A DNA stretch of 61,400 bases, filler included, from Deltaproteobacteria bacterium (GTDB lineage Bacteria; JACQOV01), in the NCBI GenBank assembly GCA_016202395.1. It is 3 parts of 3 records of this genome, joined end to end, with 100 filler letters (N's around TTAATTAATTAA, not from the genome) between each part and the next. Parts side by side here need not be neighbours in the genome. Positions count along the whole stretch, not along the records: positions 30,482 to 52,849 come from JACQOV010000040.1; positions 52,950 to 61,400 come from JACQOV010000037.1; 1 more part is not named here. One strand, written 5' to 3'. Below the pieces are notes generated by a model, which saw only the letters and a program-made list of their open reading frames with translations, did not search any database and was not told the origin of the DNA. The stretch's first letter is position 1. Each line of letters starts with the position of its first letter. Both the position numbers and the translations under genes were made by a program. This document shows positions 50,113 to 58,834 of the stretch, one piece after another.

Positions 50113-51677
50113 GAAGCCACTTCTTTCACGAAGCCCACCGGAGGCGCTTCACGAACGACGTTAACCCGCAGCTCCCCAGGAGCCAATTTTTCCTCTCGGA
50201 TCTTGCGCGTGATTTCGTTAACCAGGAGAGTGGCTTCCCCATTGGCCATCTCCTCAGGAAACACAACAACCCTTGTCTCTTTTCCTGTCTCCACCGCATA
50301 GCAACGTTGAACCCCTTTTACTGAAGAGATAAGTTTCTCCACCTGGTCCAACCTTTGAACCGCATGATGGAATCGGTCATCCCGAGCCCCCGGCCTTTTA
50401 TTGGAAAGTTGATCGGCGGCCTGAACTAAAAGGGCCAAAACGCTCTCGGGATCCGTTTCATGATGCCCTCGAATCGCCTCCACCACCTCGGCCGGCTCTC
50501 CATACTGCGCGGCGATATCGGCCCCAACGACCGCATGGGAGGCATTCTCTCTCTCTTCAACGGCTTTGCCAATATCATGGAGAAGACCGGCTCGACGCGC
50601 CAGTTTTTCATCGAGCCCTAGTTCCGCGGCCATAGCCCCCGCAAAGGTGGCCACTTCTAGCGAATGCTGAAGGATATCTTGAGATTCGGTATATCGGAAT
50701 TTCAAGGAACCCAGAAGATCCACCAGACGAGGATCCATCCCAACCACCCCCACTTCAGCAAGAACCTTCTTCCCAACCTCAACCCTCTCTGCTTCCATCT
50801 CTTTCTCTGCAATCTTTACCACCTCCTCGACTCTTGCAGGATGGATTTTCCCCTCTGCGATCAGTTTCTCTAAAGTCCTCTTCGCGATCTCTCTGCGAAC
50901 AGGGTTATGAGAAGAGATCACCACCAATTGGGGCGTGTCATCAATAATGATGTCCGTGGAGGTAGCCATCTCGAGCGCCCGAATATTCCTCCCTTCCCTC
51001 CCAATAATCCTCCCTTTCAGCTCATCGCTTGGCAAAGTCAACAAAGAGACGGTTCTCTCCGCCGCAAAATCCCCTGAGATGCGCTGAATGGCATGGGAAA
51101 CAATCCTCTGAGCCCGATGCTCGGCCTGAGCCATTGTCTCTTCCTCGATCGCCTGAACTTTTTCCGCCGCTTGCCTCCGAGCCTCCTCCGCAATCTTCTC
51201 TACCAACTCTTGCTTGGCTTGCTCCGCAGAAAGCCCTGCAATCTCCTCTAATTTAAGCCTCAAGGCCTCACGACGCTGTTCTAAATCTGCTTCGGCTTGT
51301 TCTAGCCCTCTCTTTTTCTGCTCCAGATCTTTTTCTCGAGTGACTAATGCCTGTTCCTTGTCCGCCAAAGTCCCTAAACGTTTATCGAGCGTCTGAAGCT
51401 GGACTTCGACTCGTCTCTCCATTCGCAACACCTCCGCTCGTCGGTTCCGAAGCTCCCGCTCCCCCATCTCTAAAGAGGCCACGCTTTCATCCTTTGCGCG
51501 CGCCAAAGTTTCTTTTCGGATCTCCTCCGACTCTCTTCGAGCTAGATCTAACAGACGATGGGCAGACTCTCGAGCCTTCCTCATTCCCCCTTCGATCCAA
51601 ACCATGCGAAGGATAAGACCCAGGAGAACGCCTGCTAACAAACCCACGATACTAAAAAGTATACTCACAAGAATCAT
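50109..51677 (-). CDS. rny: Ribonuclease Y
   Basis: N-terminal TM, coiled coil, KH (KGRIIGREGRNIR), HD (LHDIGK), RPGAR. Confidence 0.95.
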   Translation of the reverse strand: MILVSILFSIVGLLAGVLLGLILRMVWIEGGMRKARESAHRLLDLARRESEEIRKETLARAKDESVASLEMGERELRNRRAEVLRMERRVEVQLQTLDKRLGTLADKEQALVTREKDLEQKKRGLEQAEADLEQRREALRLKLEEIAGLSAEQAKQELVEKIAEEARRQAAEKVQAIEEETMAQAEHRAQRIVSHAIQRISGDFAAERTVSLLTLPSDELKGRIIGREGRNIRALEMATSTDIIIDDTPQLVVISSHNPVRREIAKRTLEKLIAEGKIHPARVEEVVKIAEKEMEAERVEVGKKVLAEVGVVGMDPRLVDLLGSLKFRYTESQDILQHSLEVATFAGAMAAELGLDEKLARRAGLLHDIGKAVEERENASHAVVGADIAAQYGEPAEVVEAIRGHHETDPESVLALLVQAADQLSNKRPGARDDRFHHAVQRLDQVEKLISSVKGVQRCYAVETGKETRVVVFPEEMANGEATLLVNEITRKIREEKLAPGELRVNVVREAPPVGFVKEVAS

Positions 51678-52258
51678 TTTATTCCCCCTTCCTGATGCGG
51701 ATTAATTTCCATCCACCCTTGTTCTGTTACGACCGCGTTGAGAGAAAAATCCCCTTTTTCCGCTGGTAAGCGATCCACACACTGAAAGGAGTAAACCAAA
51801 CCGAGTCGAAATGGATTTTTCCCTTTTAACCATCTATCATAATATCCACCCCCATACCCCAAACGATTTCCCAAACGATCCACTCCCAAACAAGGGATCG
51901 CCACAAACTCCACCGGTTGAGCCTCATAAATTGAATCTGAAATGGGTTCTAAGATGCGAAAAGTCCCCAGAGCAAACTGATCCCTTGCTGTAACGCAGTG
52001 GAAATTTATCTTCTGCCGTTTGAGATCGACTTTGGGATAAAGAAGGGTCTTCCTTTGACGAATTCCCTCTTCAAATAGAAGATCGGTTTGAACCTCATTC
52101 CGAATACTCTGGTAAAGGGCAATAACAGAGGACTGAAAAAAGATTCTGGAGGCAAGAACACACTCCTGGATTCGGAGGCTCCGCTCCATAACCTCTTTAG
52201 GATTCAATCTTTGACGTTCCTTTAGGAAACGCTTACGAAAGATAGATTTCTCTTCCAT
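51674..52258 (-). CDS. ygfA: 5-formyltetrahydrofolate cyclo-ligase
   Basis: ILEP, P.LG.D..GNRLGYGGGYYDR, VTE. Confidence 0.93.
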   Translation of the reverse strand: MEEKSIFRKRFLKERQRLNPKEVMERSLRIQECVLASRIFFQSSVIALYQSIRNEVQTDLLFEEGIRQRKTLLYPKVDLKRQKINFHCVTARDQFALGTFRILEPISDSIYEAQPVEFVAIPCLGVDRLGNRLGYGGGYYDRWLKGKNPFRLGLVYSFQCVDRLPAEKGDFSLNAVVTEQGWMEINPHQEGGIK

Positions 52259-52500
52259 GGTCTTTGATCAGGGGCTTGCCATGGAAAAGAGAGTTGGGCA
52301 ATGTTGGTGTTAATGGAGGAAATCCATTTTTCAGAGTGACAACGTTAAGATGTCCTGGAAAATTCATGAAACACCTGGAATTGCTTAAATTTCCTAAAAA
52401 CACCAAAATTTTCATGTTACTTGCAATCAAGCAAACCCTCTACACTCTCTTGGAGCCGACGTCTTAGCATCGACTCGTGGCAAGCGTCAAAAATTTAACG

Positions 52501-52652
52501 CCCCGTTACTGCCGTGTGAGCAGCTCCCATGAACCGAATTTTAAGGTGGGCGCCCTATTGCTGGAGCCTCTGGCTATCCTGGCAAGGAAGGACTCCCGTT
52601 CGGTTTATATTGGTTCTAAATAGATCCACCCATCACGCACAGAACAGGGAAA
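52501..52652 (-). ncRNA. ssrS: 6S RNA
   Basis: Minus strand CCCTGTTCTGTGCGTG..GAACCAA..GGGAG..GCGCCCACCT..GGTTCA..CACACGGCAG..ACGGGG rod with pairing termini and a central bubble; canonical position upstream of ygfA-rny; ends approximate. Confidence 0.8.
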
Positions 52653-52715
52653 CCTATAAACTCCTCTCTGGTTCAAAAAACTCTTTTCACCTCTACCGAG
52701 GTCTGAAACAACCCA

Positions 52716-52744
52716 ATTGTAGAAACTCTTCTCCCAGAAGTCAA
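52716..52744 (-). promoter_or_regulatory. Putative sigma70 promoter for ssrS-ygfA-rny
   Basis: Minus strand TTGACT-17 nt-TACAAT. Confidence 0.6.
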
Positions 52745-52769
52745 GATTTTCCCAAACTGTTTGTGCCGC

Positions 52770-52849
52770 TTGACCTCGCGGGTCCTGTCATGGGGCTTCC
52801 CCCAGGCGTGCTCCACAGTCCGCGCGCCTGGGGGTCCCCCGCCCCATGC
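52770..52849. mobile_element. Nested-hairpin element, copy 2 (truncated at contig end)
   Basis: Reverse complement of 105-184 with two substitutions. Confidence 0.8.
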
Positions 52850-52949
52850 NNNNNNNNNNNNNNNNNNNNNNNNNNNNNNNNNNNNNNNNNNNNTTAATTA
52901 ATTAANNNNNNNNNNNNNNNNNNNNNNNNNNNNNNNNNNNNNNNNNNNN
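52850..52949. other. Artificial contig-join spacer
   Basis: N run with a central TTAATTAATTAA. Confidence 0.95.
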
Positions 52950-52950
52950 G

Positions 52951-54588
52951 GCCGACTCCTCACTCACCCGAAAGTACGGAGGCACTGGGATGGGATTGGC
53001 GTTAGCGACGGAACTGGTGGAGTTGCATGGAGGCAAGAGAGGGCTGACGAGTGACTTGGGAAAAGGGACGACGGTGGAGTTTACATTACCGATAGAATCC
53101 CCCTATGGTCCCCCTTTAGAAAAGGGGGACAAAGAGTGGGTTAAAGGAGAGGTCGTGGAGGCGGGGGAGTGGACGAAGAAGCTTTACTCGGAGGCGGAGA
53201 GGAGTAGTTTTGGTTTGGTGCAGTCGGGGGGGGAGCAGATTGGGGAGGAGATTGCTTCGTCGCCTTTGGCTCCTCGCAATGACAGAGTCCCCTCACCTCA
53301 GTCCTCTCCCCAAAGGGGAGAGGAAGAAGGAGAGGGGGACAAGCAGCATCGGATCCTCATTGTGGAAGACAATGCGGAGATGCGGGGATTTATTAAATTT
53401 GAGCTTCACAAGCACTATCGAATCTTGGAGGCGGGTGATGGGCAAAAGGGGCTTGAAAGAGCGGCGAAGGAACTTCCCGATCTCATCGTTTCCGACATCA
53501 TGATGCCGGGGGTCGATGGCTACGAGCTCGCTCGCCGGATCAAGGCGGATGTGCACACCCAACACATTCCCGTGATTTTGCTCACCGCTAAAGCCGAGCT
53601 GGCCGATAAAATCGAGGGGCTTGGGATCGGCGCCGATGATTATCTCATCAAGCCGTTCAACCCCAAGGAGCTTCGCGCGCGCGTGAAAAATCTCATTAAC
53701 GTAAGGTCGTTGCAGCGCGAGATTCAACTCCGCAGTAACGAACTCGAAAAAACTTTGAAGCAACTTCAAGAGACGCAGGCCGAGCTCATTCACGCCGAAA
53801 AGATGGCCGCGCTCGGCCAGCTCGTGGCCGGTGTGGCACATGAAGTTAACAACCCAGTTAGCTTTGCCATCAATAGCCTGCTCAATGTGCAGAAGTACGT
53901 AAAACGAATCCGAACGTTGTTGGACGAGTACATGGGCTTAAGTCCTTCCGACAAAGATCGGTTGGAGGAATTCCTTTCCAAAGTAGAGAAAATCAAGCAA
54001 GAGATCTATTTTCCGCAGCTTTTGCAGGATCTCGAAAAATCGCTCCAGATTGTTCACAATGGGCTGGACCGAACCCAAAATATCGTGTCGGATCTCAAAA
54101 CCTTTGCGCAGAAGGATCGCGGAGGGTTCGTGCAGGCCGATATCCATGTAGGGATCGATTCCACGTTGAGCCTGCTCAAGCATGAGTTGGACGGGCGAAT
54201 CAAGGTGCATCGGGATTACGGGCCGCTTTCGCAGATTGAATGTATGCCGGGCCAGATCAATCAGGTGCTCATGAATGTGTTTCACAACGCGATTGGAGCC
54301 ATGCCTAACAAAGGGGATATTTTCATTCGGACGCGCCAGCTCAATGAGCATGTGGAGATTTCCATTAAAGACACCGGCGTTGGCATTGCTCCCGAGGTGA
54401 AGCGCAAAATTTTTGACCCTTTCTTCACCACAAAGGAGGTTGGCAAAGGCATGGGGCTGGGCTTAAGCGTTTCGTATCGTATTATCGAATCGCACGGTGG
54501 AAAGATCCGTGTGGAAAGCGACCCCGGCCGCGGCGCCGAATTTATCATCCTCCTCCCTCTCCGCCAACCTGCTTCCAATGTTCATTGA
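52951..54588 (+). CDS. Hybrid sensor histidine kinase, 5'-partial (HATPase tail - receiver - HisKA - HATPase)
   Basis: TRKYGGTGMGLA G2 box; REC (IVEDN, SDIMMP, KPF); AGVAHEVNNP; DPFFTTK..GMGLGL. Confidence 0.93.
   Translation, partial: ADSSLTRKYGGTGMGLALATELVELHGGKRGLTSDLGKGTTVEFTLPIESPYGPPLEKGDKEWVKGEVVEAGEWTKKLYSEAERSSFGLVQSGGEQIGEEIASSPLAPRNDRVPSPQSSPQRGEEEGEGDKQHRILIVEDNAEMRGFIKFELHKHYRILEAGDGQKGLERAAKELPDLIVSDIMMPGVDGYELARRIKADVHTQHIPVILLTAKAELADKIEGLGIGADDYLIKPFNPKELRARVKNLINVRSLQREIQLRSNELEKTLKQLQETQAELIHAEKMAALGQLVAGVAHEVNNPVSFAINSLLNVQKYVKRIRTLLDEYMGLSPSDKDRLEEFLSKVEKIKQEIYFPQLLQDLEKSLQIVHNGLDRTQNIVSDLKTFAQKDRGGFVQADIHVGIDSTLSLLKHELDGRIKVHRDYGPLSQIECMPGQINQVLMNVFHNAIGAMPNKGDIFIRTRQLNEHVEISIKDTGVGIAPEVKRKIFDPFFTTKEVGKGMGLGLSVSYRIIESHGGKIRVESDPGRGAEFIILLPLRQPASNVH
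53097..53340. repeat. Three different palindromic repeat types in frame in the kinase linker
   Basis: GTCCCCCTTT-AGA-AAAGGGGGAC (53108-53130); GAGATTGCTTCGTCGC..GCTCCTCGCAATGAC (53248-53283); CCCCTCACC..CCTCTCCCC-AAA-GGGGAGAGG (53287-53340). Confidence 0.8.
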
Positions 54589-54624
54589 GAAGCATCAAAA
54601 GTTTTCGGATTCTTAAAGGGCCTC

Positions 54625-54664
54625 TTTACATGTCAGTACAAATGTATTACAATAAGAATTGTAT
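54625..54664 (+). promoter_or_regulatory. TA promoter with short palindromic operators
   Basis: TTTACA-17 nt-TACAAT; TACA-AA-TGTA and TACAAT-AAGA-ATTGTA. Confidence 0.55.
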
Positions 54665-54919
54665 ATGAAAGAGATCCAATGGGATGTTAAAAAGAGCGAG
54701 ACATTAAAGCAAACTCGTGGCGTTTCTTTTGAGGAGATCCTTCAATCCAAATTAATAGCAGTGAAAAAACATCCCAAGCGGTCTCATCAAAATATTATGC
54801 TCTTTGAGTGTAATAATTATGTTTGGGTGGTGCCGTATGTGGAAAAACAAGACATTATTTTTCTAAAGACGCTTTTTCCAAGTCGGAAATACACGAAATT
54901 ATACAAAGGAGGCATTTAA
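54665..54919 (+). CDS. BrnT-like type II toxin
   Basis: WD..K...LKQTRGVSFEEI, YVWVVPYV, FLKTLFPSRK. Confidence 0.8.
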   Translation: MKEIQWDVKKSETLKQTRGVSFEEILQSKLIAVKKHPKRSHQNIMLFECNNYVWVVPYVEKQDIIFLKTLFPSRKYTKLYKGGI

Positions 54920-54920
54920 T

Positions 54921-55169
54921 ATGAAAAACATTCGTCTCCATCGTCAAGAAAAAGAAATTGAACAGGCTCTTTTAGAAGGAGAGTACATGGATATAGGCTC
55001 GAAAGAATTTGAGGAGATTGCTAGTGCTGTGGCCGTAAGGAAAAAAGATGCGGTTTTAAACATTCGAGTCAATGGTCAAGATTTAAAACGGGTCAAGCAG
55101 AAAGCCAAACGTTTGGGTGTCAAATATCAAACCTTAATCTCTGAGTTTATTCACCGCCTTGCTGCTTAG
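54921..55169 (+). CDS. CopG/RHH-type antitoxin
   Basis: KKDAVLNIRV...DL..VK.KA..LGVKYQTLI. Confidence 0.8.
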   Translation: MKNIRLHRQEKEIEQALLEGEYMDIGSKEFEEIASAVAVRKKDAVLNIRVNGQDLKRVKQKAKRLGVKYQTLISEFIHRLAA

Positions 55170-55307
55170 CATGGCACACATCATCAGGCTTCTGAACATC
55201 ATCTTGTTCGTATTGTTGATGAGTCAGGTCAATCTTATCTCTATCCTGAAGATTATTTTGTTGCCATTCAATTGCCTCAACCCGTCTTGGAAGCGCTAGC
55301 TGCCTAA
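55170..55307 (+). pseudogene. Start-less 45-codon remnant in frame with the antitoxin stop
   Basis: HGTHHQASEHHLVRIVDESGQSYLYPEDYFVAIQLPQPVLEALAA*; the RIVDESG..YLYP..YF pattern resembles the C-half of a small conserved hypothetical protein. Confidence 0.5.
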
Positions 55308-55382
55308 GGGGGACTCTGTCGTACGGATTATCGAATCGTTGCCCATTGACGATATCGGCTTGCAAATGGTACACTCCGAAAC

Positions 55383-55823
55383 ATGAAGATGAAGTTGACG
55401 GTGGCTTTCTTAGGATTGCTGACTCTGTTTTTTCTTCCTTCTTTGGCTGTTGCGGTTGAGGTGGCACCCCACATCACCGATAGGGAGATTATAGAGCGCC
55501 TAACCCGATTAGAGGAAGGTCAGCAGAACCTTGAGAAACGGATCGATGATCTTAGATCGGAGATGAATGGTCGTTTTTCGGAGGTGAACGGTCGTTTTAG
55601 TGACCTGCGTTCCGAAATGAACAGCCGCTTCGACACTCTCCAATGGATGATGAGTTTGTTTATTACAATCTCACTGGTGATTCTCGGTTTTGTGCTTCGG
55701 ATGCAATGGCAGATGCAAAAAAGACAGGCCCATGTAGAAACGGCTTTGGAGACTCAAAAAGATGAGCTCGCCTTCCTGAAGGGGCTCATCCAAAAACTCC
55801 TTCCCCCCAAAGGCGTGCTTTAG
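55383..55823 (+). CDS. Exported/membrane coiled-coil protein with heptad repeats
   Basis: Signal peptide, (SE)MNGRF repeats (21-bp tandem 55557-55598), one TM helix, C-terminal coil. Confidence 0.75.
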   Translation: MKMKLTVAFLGLLTLFFLPSLAVAVEVAPHITDREIIERLTRLEEGQQNLEKRIDDLRSEMNGRFSEVNGRFSDLRSEMNSRFDTLQWMMSLFITISLVILGFVLRMQWQMQKRQAHVETALETQKDELAFLKGLIQKLLPPKGVL

Positions 55824-55859
55824 CAAGATTAAAGATTGGGTATTATAGAAGGGAATGAA

Positions 55860-55944
55860 TGCCGCGGGAGGGAGTCGAACCCTCACACCCACGAGGGGCT
55901 TCGGATTTTGAGTCCGACGCGTCTGCCAATTCCGCCACCGCGGC
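55860..55944 (-). tRNA. tRNA-Leu(CAA)
   Basis: Cloverleaf GCCGCGG acceptor, TCGGA-CTCAAAA-TCCGA anticodon arm, long variable arm, GGTTCGACTCC; CCA not encoded. Confidence 0.96.
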
Positions 55945-56040
55945 AACGGTGAGATAGGGGATAACATAGTCGATATTGGATTGCAATCCCTCGCTTAATT
56001 GACAAAGATCCAACATTTTTAATACGATGGAACTTGCATT

Positions 56041-56113
<73 letters not shown>

Positions 56114-56129
56114 CTTTTTTTATTCTATT

Positions 56130-56795
56130 GTGAAACCTAGAAAACATCTGTTCGTTTTCTTCATTTTTTCGTTGGGGGCGATTCAAAACGCGCCATCTCA
56201 ACCGAACGACGCCTGTCTCCATTCTTTTCGCGAGCAGATTGCGGGGAAGGACTATCTCCAGCAGTTCGAGGTTGTTAAGAGCTTGAAGAAAGCGGAGATG
56301 GCCTGCCTTTTTTATGCGACTCAAAATGAGCCTCTTTTAGAGCCCGACTTTTTGATCGATTCTGAAAATCCCCAGAAGGTTCAGAAATTTTATGGGAAAA
56401 ACAGCTTGATCCTTTTTAATCAGTTTGAGAAGCACTTTTTCTCTGTGGACTCGGCGGGTTCTGAAAAGGTTTATGGATACAACCTCTTTCTCGTGGGGAA
56501 GATTTTTAGAAGCTATGGGTTTTTCTATGCGGATGCTGGCCAAAGGCCGGAAGAGCTCGTTTTAGAGTACGATCTGGATTTTCCGGAGTTGATTCCTCAA
56601 GAGCGATGGGATACGTTGGGCAATCGAGCGGGGAGTGTGAAAAAGATCAAAGGGAATCGAGGGGATCTCATTTTCGATCGCATTAAAGATATCCTTCATC
56701 CCGTCGCGGAAAATGTCGCTGTGGGGCGAGCGGTTCGTGTCCGAAACGGAAAAGAACAACATCTTACCTATTTTGTGATCTTGCGTGTCCCGTGA
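56130..56795 (+). CDS. Hypothetical exported protein
   Basis: GTG start after the tRNA, signal-peptide-like N-terminus, GTGA overlap with the next gene. Confidence 0.65.
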   Translation: MKPRKHLFVFFIFSLGAIQNAPSQPNDACLHSFREQIAGKDYLQQFEVVKSLKKAEMACLFYATQNEPLLEPDFLIDSENPQKVQKFYGKNSLILFNQFEKHFFSVDSAGSEKVYGYNLFLVGKIFRSYGFFYADAGQRPEELVLEYDLDFPELIPQERWDTLGNRAGSVKKIKGNRGDLIFDRIKDILHPVAENVAVGRAVRVRNGKEQHLTYFVILRVP

Positions 56796-57778
56796 AAAAT
56801 AATCCCCAAGCCCAGTTTGCGATAGAGGCCGTTTGCAAGGGGGCCCAGCTCGCCCAGCAGATTCAAGACGAGATTGGCGCCTCTTCCATTACAAAAAGCG
56901 ATCGATCTCCTGTCACGATGGCTGATTTTGCGGTTCAAGCATTTATCGGCGCGCAGTTTGAAAAATACTTTCCGAACGAGCTTCTTGTTGGGGAAGAAGA
57001 GATCTCCTTTTTCGAAGGTTCGCACGGAGAGATTGTTTTAAAGAAGGTTGTCGATTTTGTTCGCCGTTACTTTCCTAAAGCCGACTCAGAGGCCGTTCGT
57101 TCCTGGGTTCATCGTGGAGCGTCCGAGCCGGCGGAGCGTTTTTGGACACTCGATCCGATCGATGGGACCAAAGGATATTTACGAGGGGAGCAGTACGCGG
57201 TGGCTTTGGCCCTGGTTGAGAAAGGGGAGGTGCAGATCGGCGCTCTCGGTTGTCCCCATCTGACTCCGGAGGGGAGGCCCCAAAAGAGGGGGAGTGGGGC
57301 GGTATTCGTTGCTGTTCGGGGGGAAGGGGCATGGGGAACCTCCCTGCAAAAGATGAAGCAGCTTCATCGCCTCTCTGTTTCGGATTGTGCCGATCCAAAG
57401 CGGGCTTGTCTGCTCCGTTCTGTGGAGAAGAGCCACACCGATGTGGAGCGAATCGATCGTCTGTTAGAGGCCCTGGGGACTTCGGTTGAGCCGATCTTCA
57501 TGGACAGCCAAGCCAAGTACGCTGTTTTGGCAGCCGGTGGAGGGGATTTTTTGATCCGATTTCCTTCGTTGAGCCGAGCCGCAGGGCAGATGCAGATCTG
57601 GGATCATGCTGCGGGCGGATTAATCATCGAAGAGGCGGGAGGACGGATTACCGACATCGATGGAAAGCCACTGGACTTTACCACCGGCCGACTTCTTCTT
57701 CGGAATCGTGGAATTTTGGCGACCAATCGTCATCTTCATGATGTGCTTCTTGAGGCGATTCAAAAGATACTTCCATGA
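56792..57778 (+). CDS. 3'(2'),5'-bisphosphate nucleotidase, HAL2/SAL1-like
   Basis: K.D.SPVT.AD, VGEE, FWTLDPIDGTKGYLRGEQYAVALAL, LGCP, DSQAKY, IWDHAAG. Confidence 0.9.
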   Translation: MKNNPQAQFAIEAVCKGAQLAQQIQDEIGASSITKSDRSPVTMADFAVQAFIGAQFEKYFPNELLVGEEEISFFEGSHGEIVLKKVVDFVRRYFPKADSEAVRSWVHRGASEPAERFWTLDPIDGTKGYLRGEQYAVALALVEKGEVQIGALGCPHLTPEGRPQKRGSGAVFVAVRGEGAWGTSLQKMKQLHRLSVSDCADPKRACLLRSVEKSHTDVERIDRLLEALGTSVEPIFMDSQAKYAVLAAGGGDFLIRFPSLSRAAGQMQIWDHAAGGLIIEEAGGRITDIDGKPLDFTTGRLLLRNRGILATNRHLHDVLLEAIQKILP

Positions 57779-58821
57779 CGAAGAATACGTCAAAACAGGA
57801 TGTCCGAAATCTATCCTATGAAGAACTGACTCAGCGCTTGGAAAGTATGGGGGAAAAGTCTTTTCGGGCTCAGCAGATCTTTGAATGGATTTACCAAAAG
57901 GGGGCCGTCTCCTTCGATGTCATGACCAATCTTTCGAACAGGCTTCGCGAAGGTCTTAAGCAGGAATGGGACCTTTCACCCCCAATGATTGCCTCGAAGC
58001 AGGTCTCCAAAGACGGCGCCACCAAATTTTTGTTGGACTTGGAAGATCATGAAAAGGTGGAAACCGTATTAATCCCTACAGCGAATAGAACGACCGTGTG
58101 TGTTTCCACTCAAGCCGGATGTAAATTCGGCTGTCGTTTTTGCGCGAGCGGTCTGGGTGGATGGACGCGTAATCTCACCGTGGCCGAGATTCTCGCCCAA
58201 ATTTTGCATGTGAAAGAAGAGGCTAAAAAGCGCAAAAAGCCTTTGTCTCACGTTGTGTTTATGGGAACAGGGGAAAATCTAGACACCTATGAAAATTTGA
58301 TGAAGGCCATTCGGATTATTAATTCTAAGGAAGGGCTCCACATCGGGGCTCGGCGCATCACGATATCCACAGTCGGCATCATTCCTAAAATCAAACGGTT
58401 GGCTCAGGAGCGTATTCAGGTGGAGTTGGCTGTTTCATTGCATGGTTACAATGATGAATCTAGAAATAAACTGATGCCCGTCAACAAAAGATATCCCTTC
58501 ACCGATTTGATTCAAGCCTGTCGAGACTATATCGAGGAGACGAATCGCCAAATCACTTTTGAATATATTTTAATTCAAGGTTTAACCTGCACGGAAGAGG
58601 CTGCTCAAGAGTTGGCCAAACATTTAAAAGGGATGCTTTGTAAAATGAATCTCATCCCTTACAATCCTGTCTCCGAATTTGACCACAACCCCCCCACCGA
58701 ATCAGAAATGCTCGCGTTCAAAGAATCTCTTTTTCAACGCGGGATTCATGCCACCCTCCGAACTCCCCGCGGTCAAGATGTGTCGGCCGCCTGCGGGCAA
58801 TTAAGGCATGCCTCAAAATAG
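57775..58821 (+). CDS. rlmN: Dual-specificity RNA methyltransferase RlmN
   Basis: FRAQQI..W, CKFGCRFC radical SAM motif, FMGTGE, NLIPYN, AACGQL. Confidence 0.95.
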   Translation: MTKNTSKQDVRNLSYEELTQRLESMGEKSFRAQQIFEWIYQKGAVSFDVMTNLSNRLREGLKQEWDLSPPMIASKQVSKDGATKFLLDLEDHEKVETVLIPTANRTTVCVSTQAGCKFGCRFCASGLGGWTRNLTVAEILAQILHVKEEAKKRKKPLSHVVFMGTGENLDTYENLMKAIRIINSKEGLHIGARRITISTVGIIPKIKRLAQERIQVELAVSLHGYNDESRNKLMPVNKRYPFTDLIQACRDYIEETNRQITFEYILIQGLTCTEEAAQELAKHLKGMLCKMNLIPYNPVSEFDHNPPTESEMLAFKESLFQRGIHATLRTPRGQDVSAACGQLRHASK

Positions 58822-58834
58822 AGGTGCCCTAAAG

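Noticed and set aside
52951-55860. tRNA-Leu-anchored genomic island
   Set aside because: No integrase and no duplicate of the tRNA 3' end were seen within this contig; it cannot be supported, although the contig is truncated.
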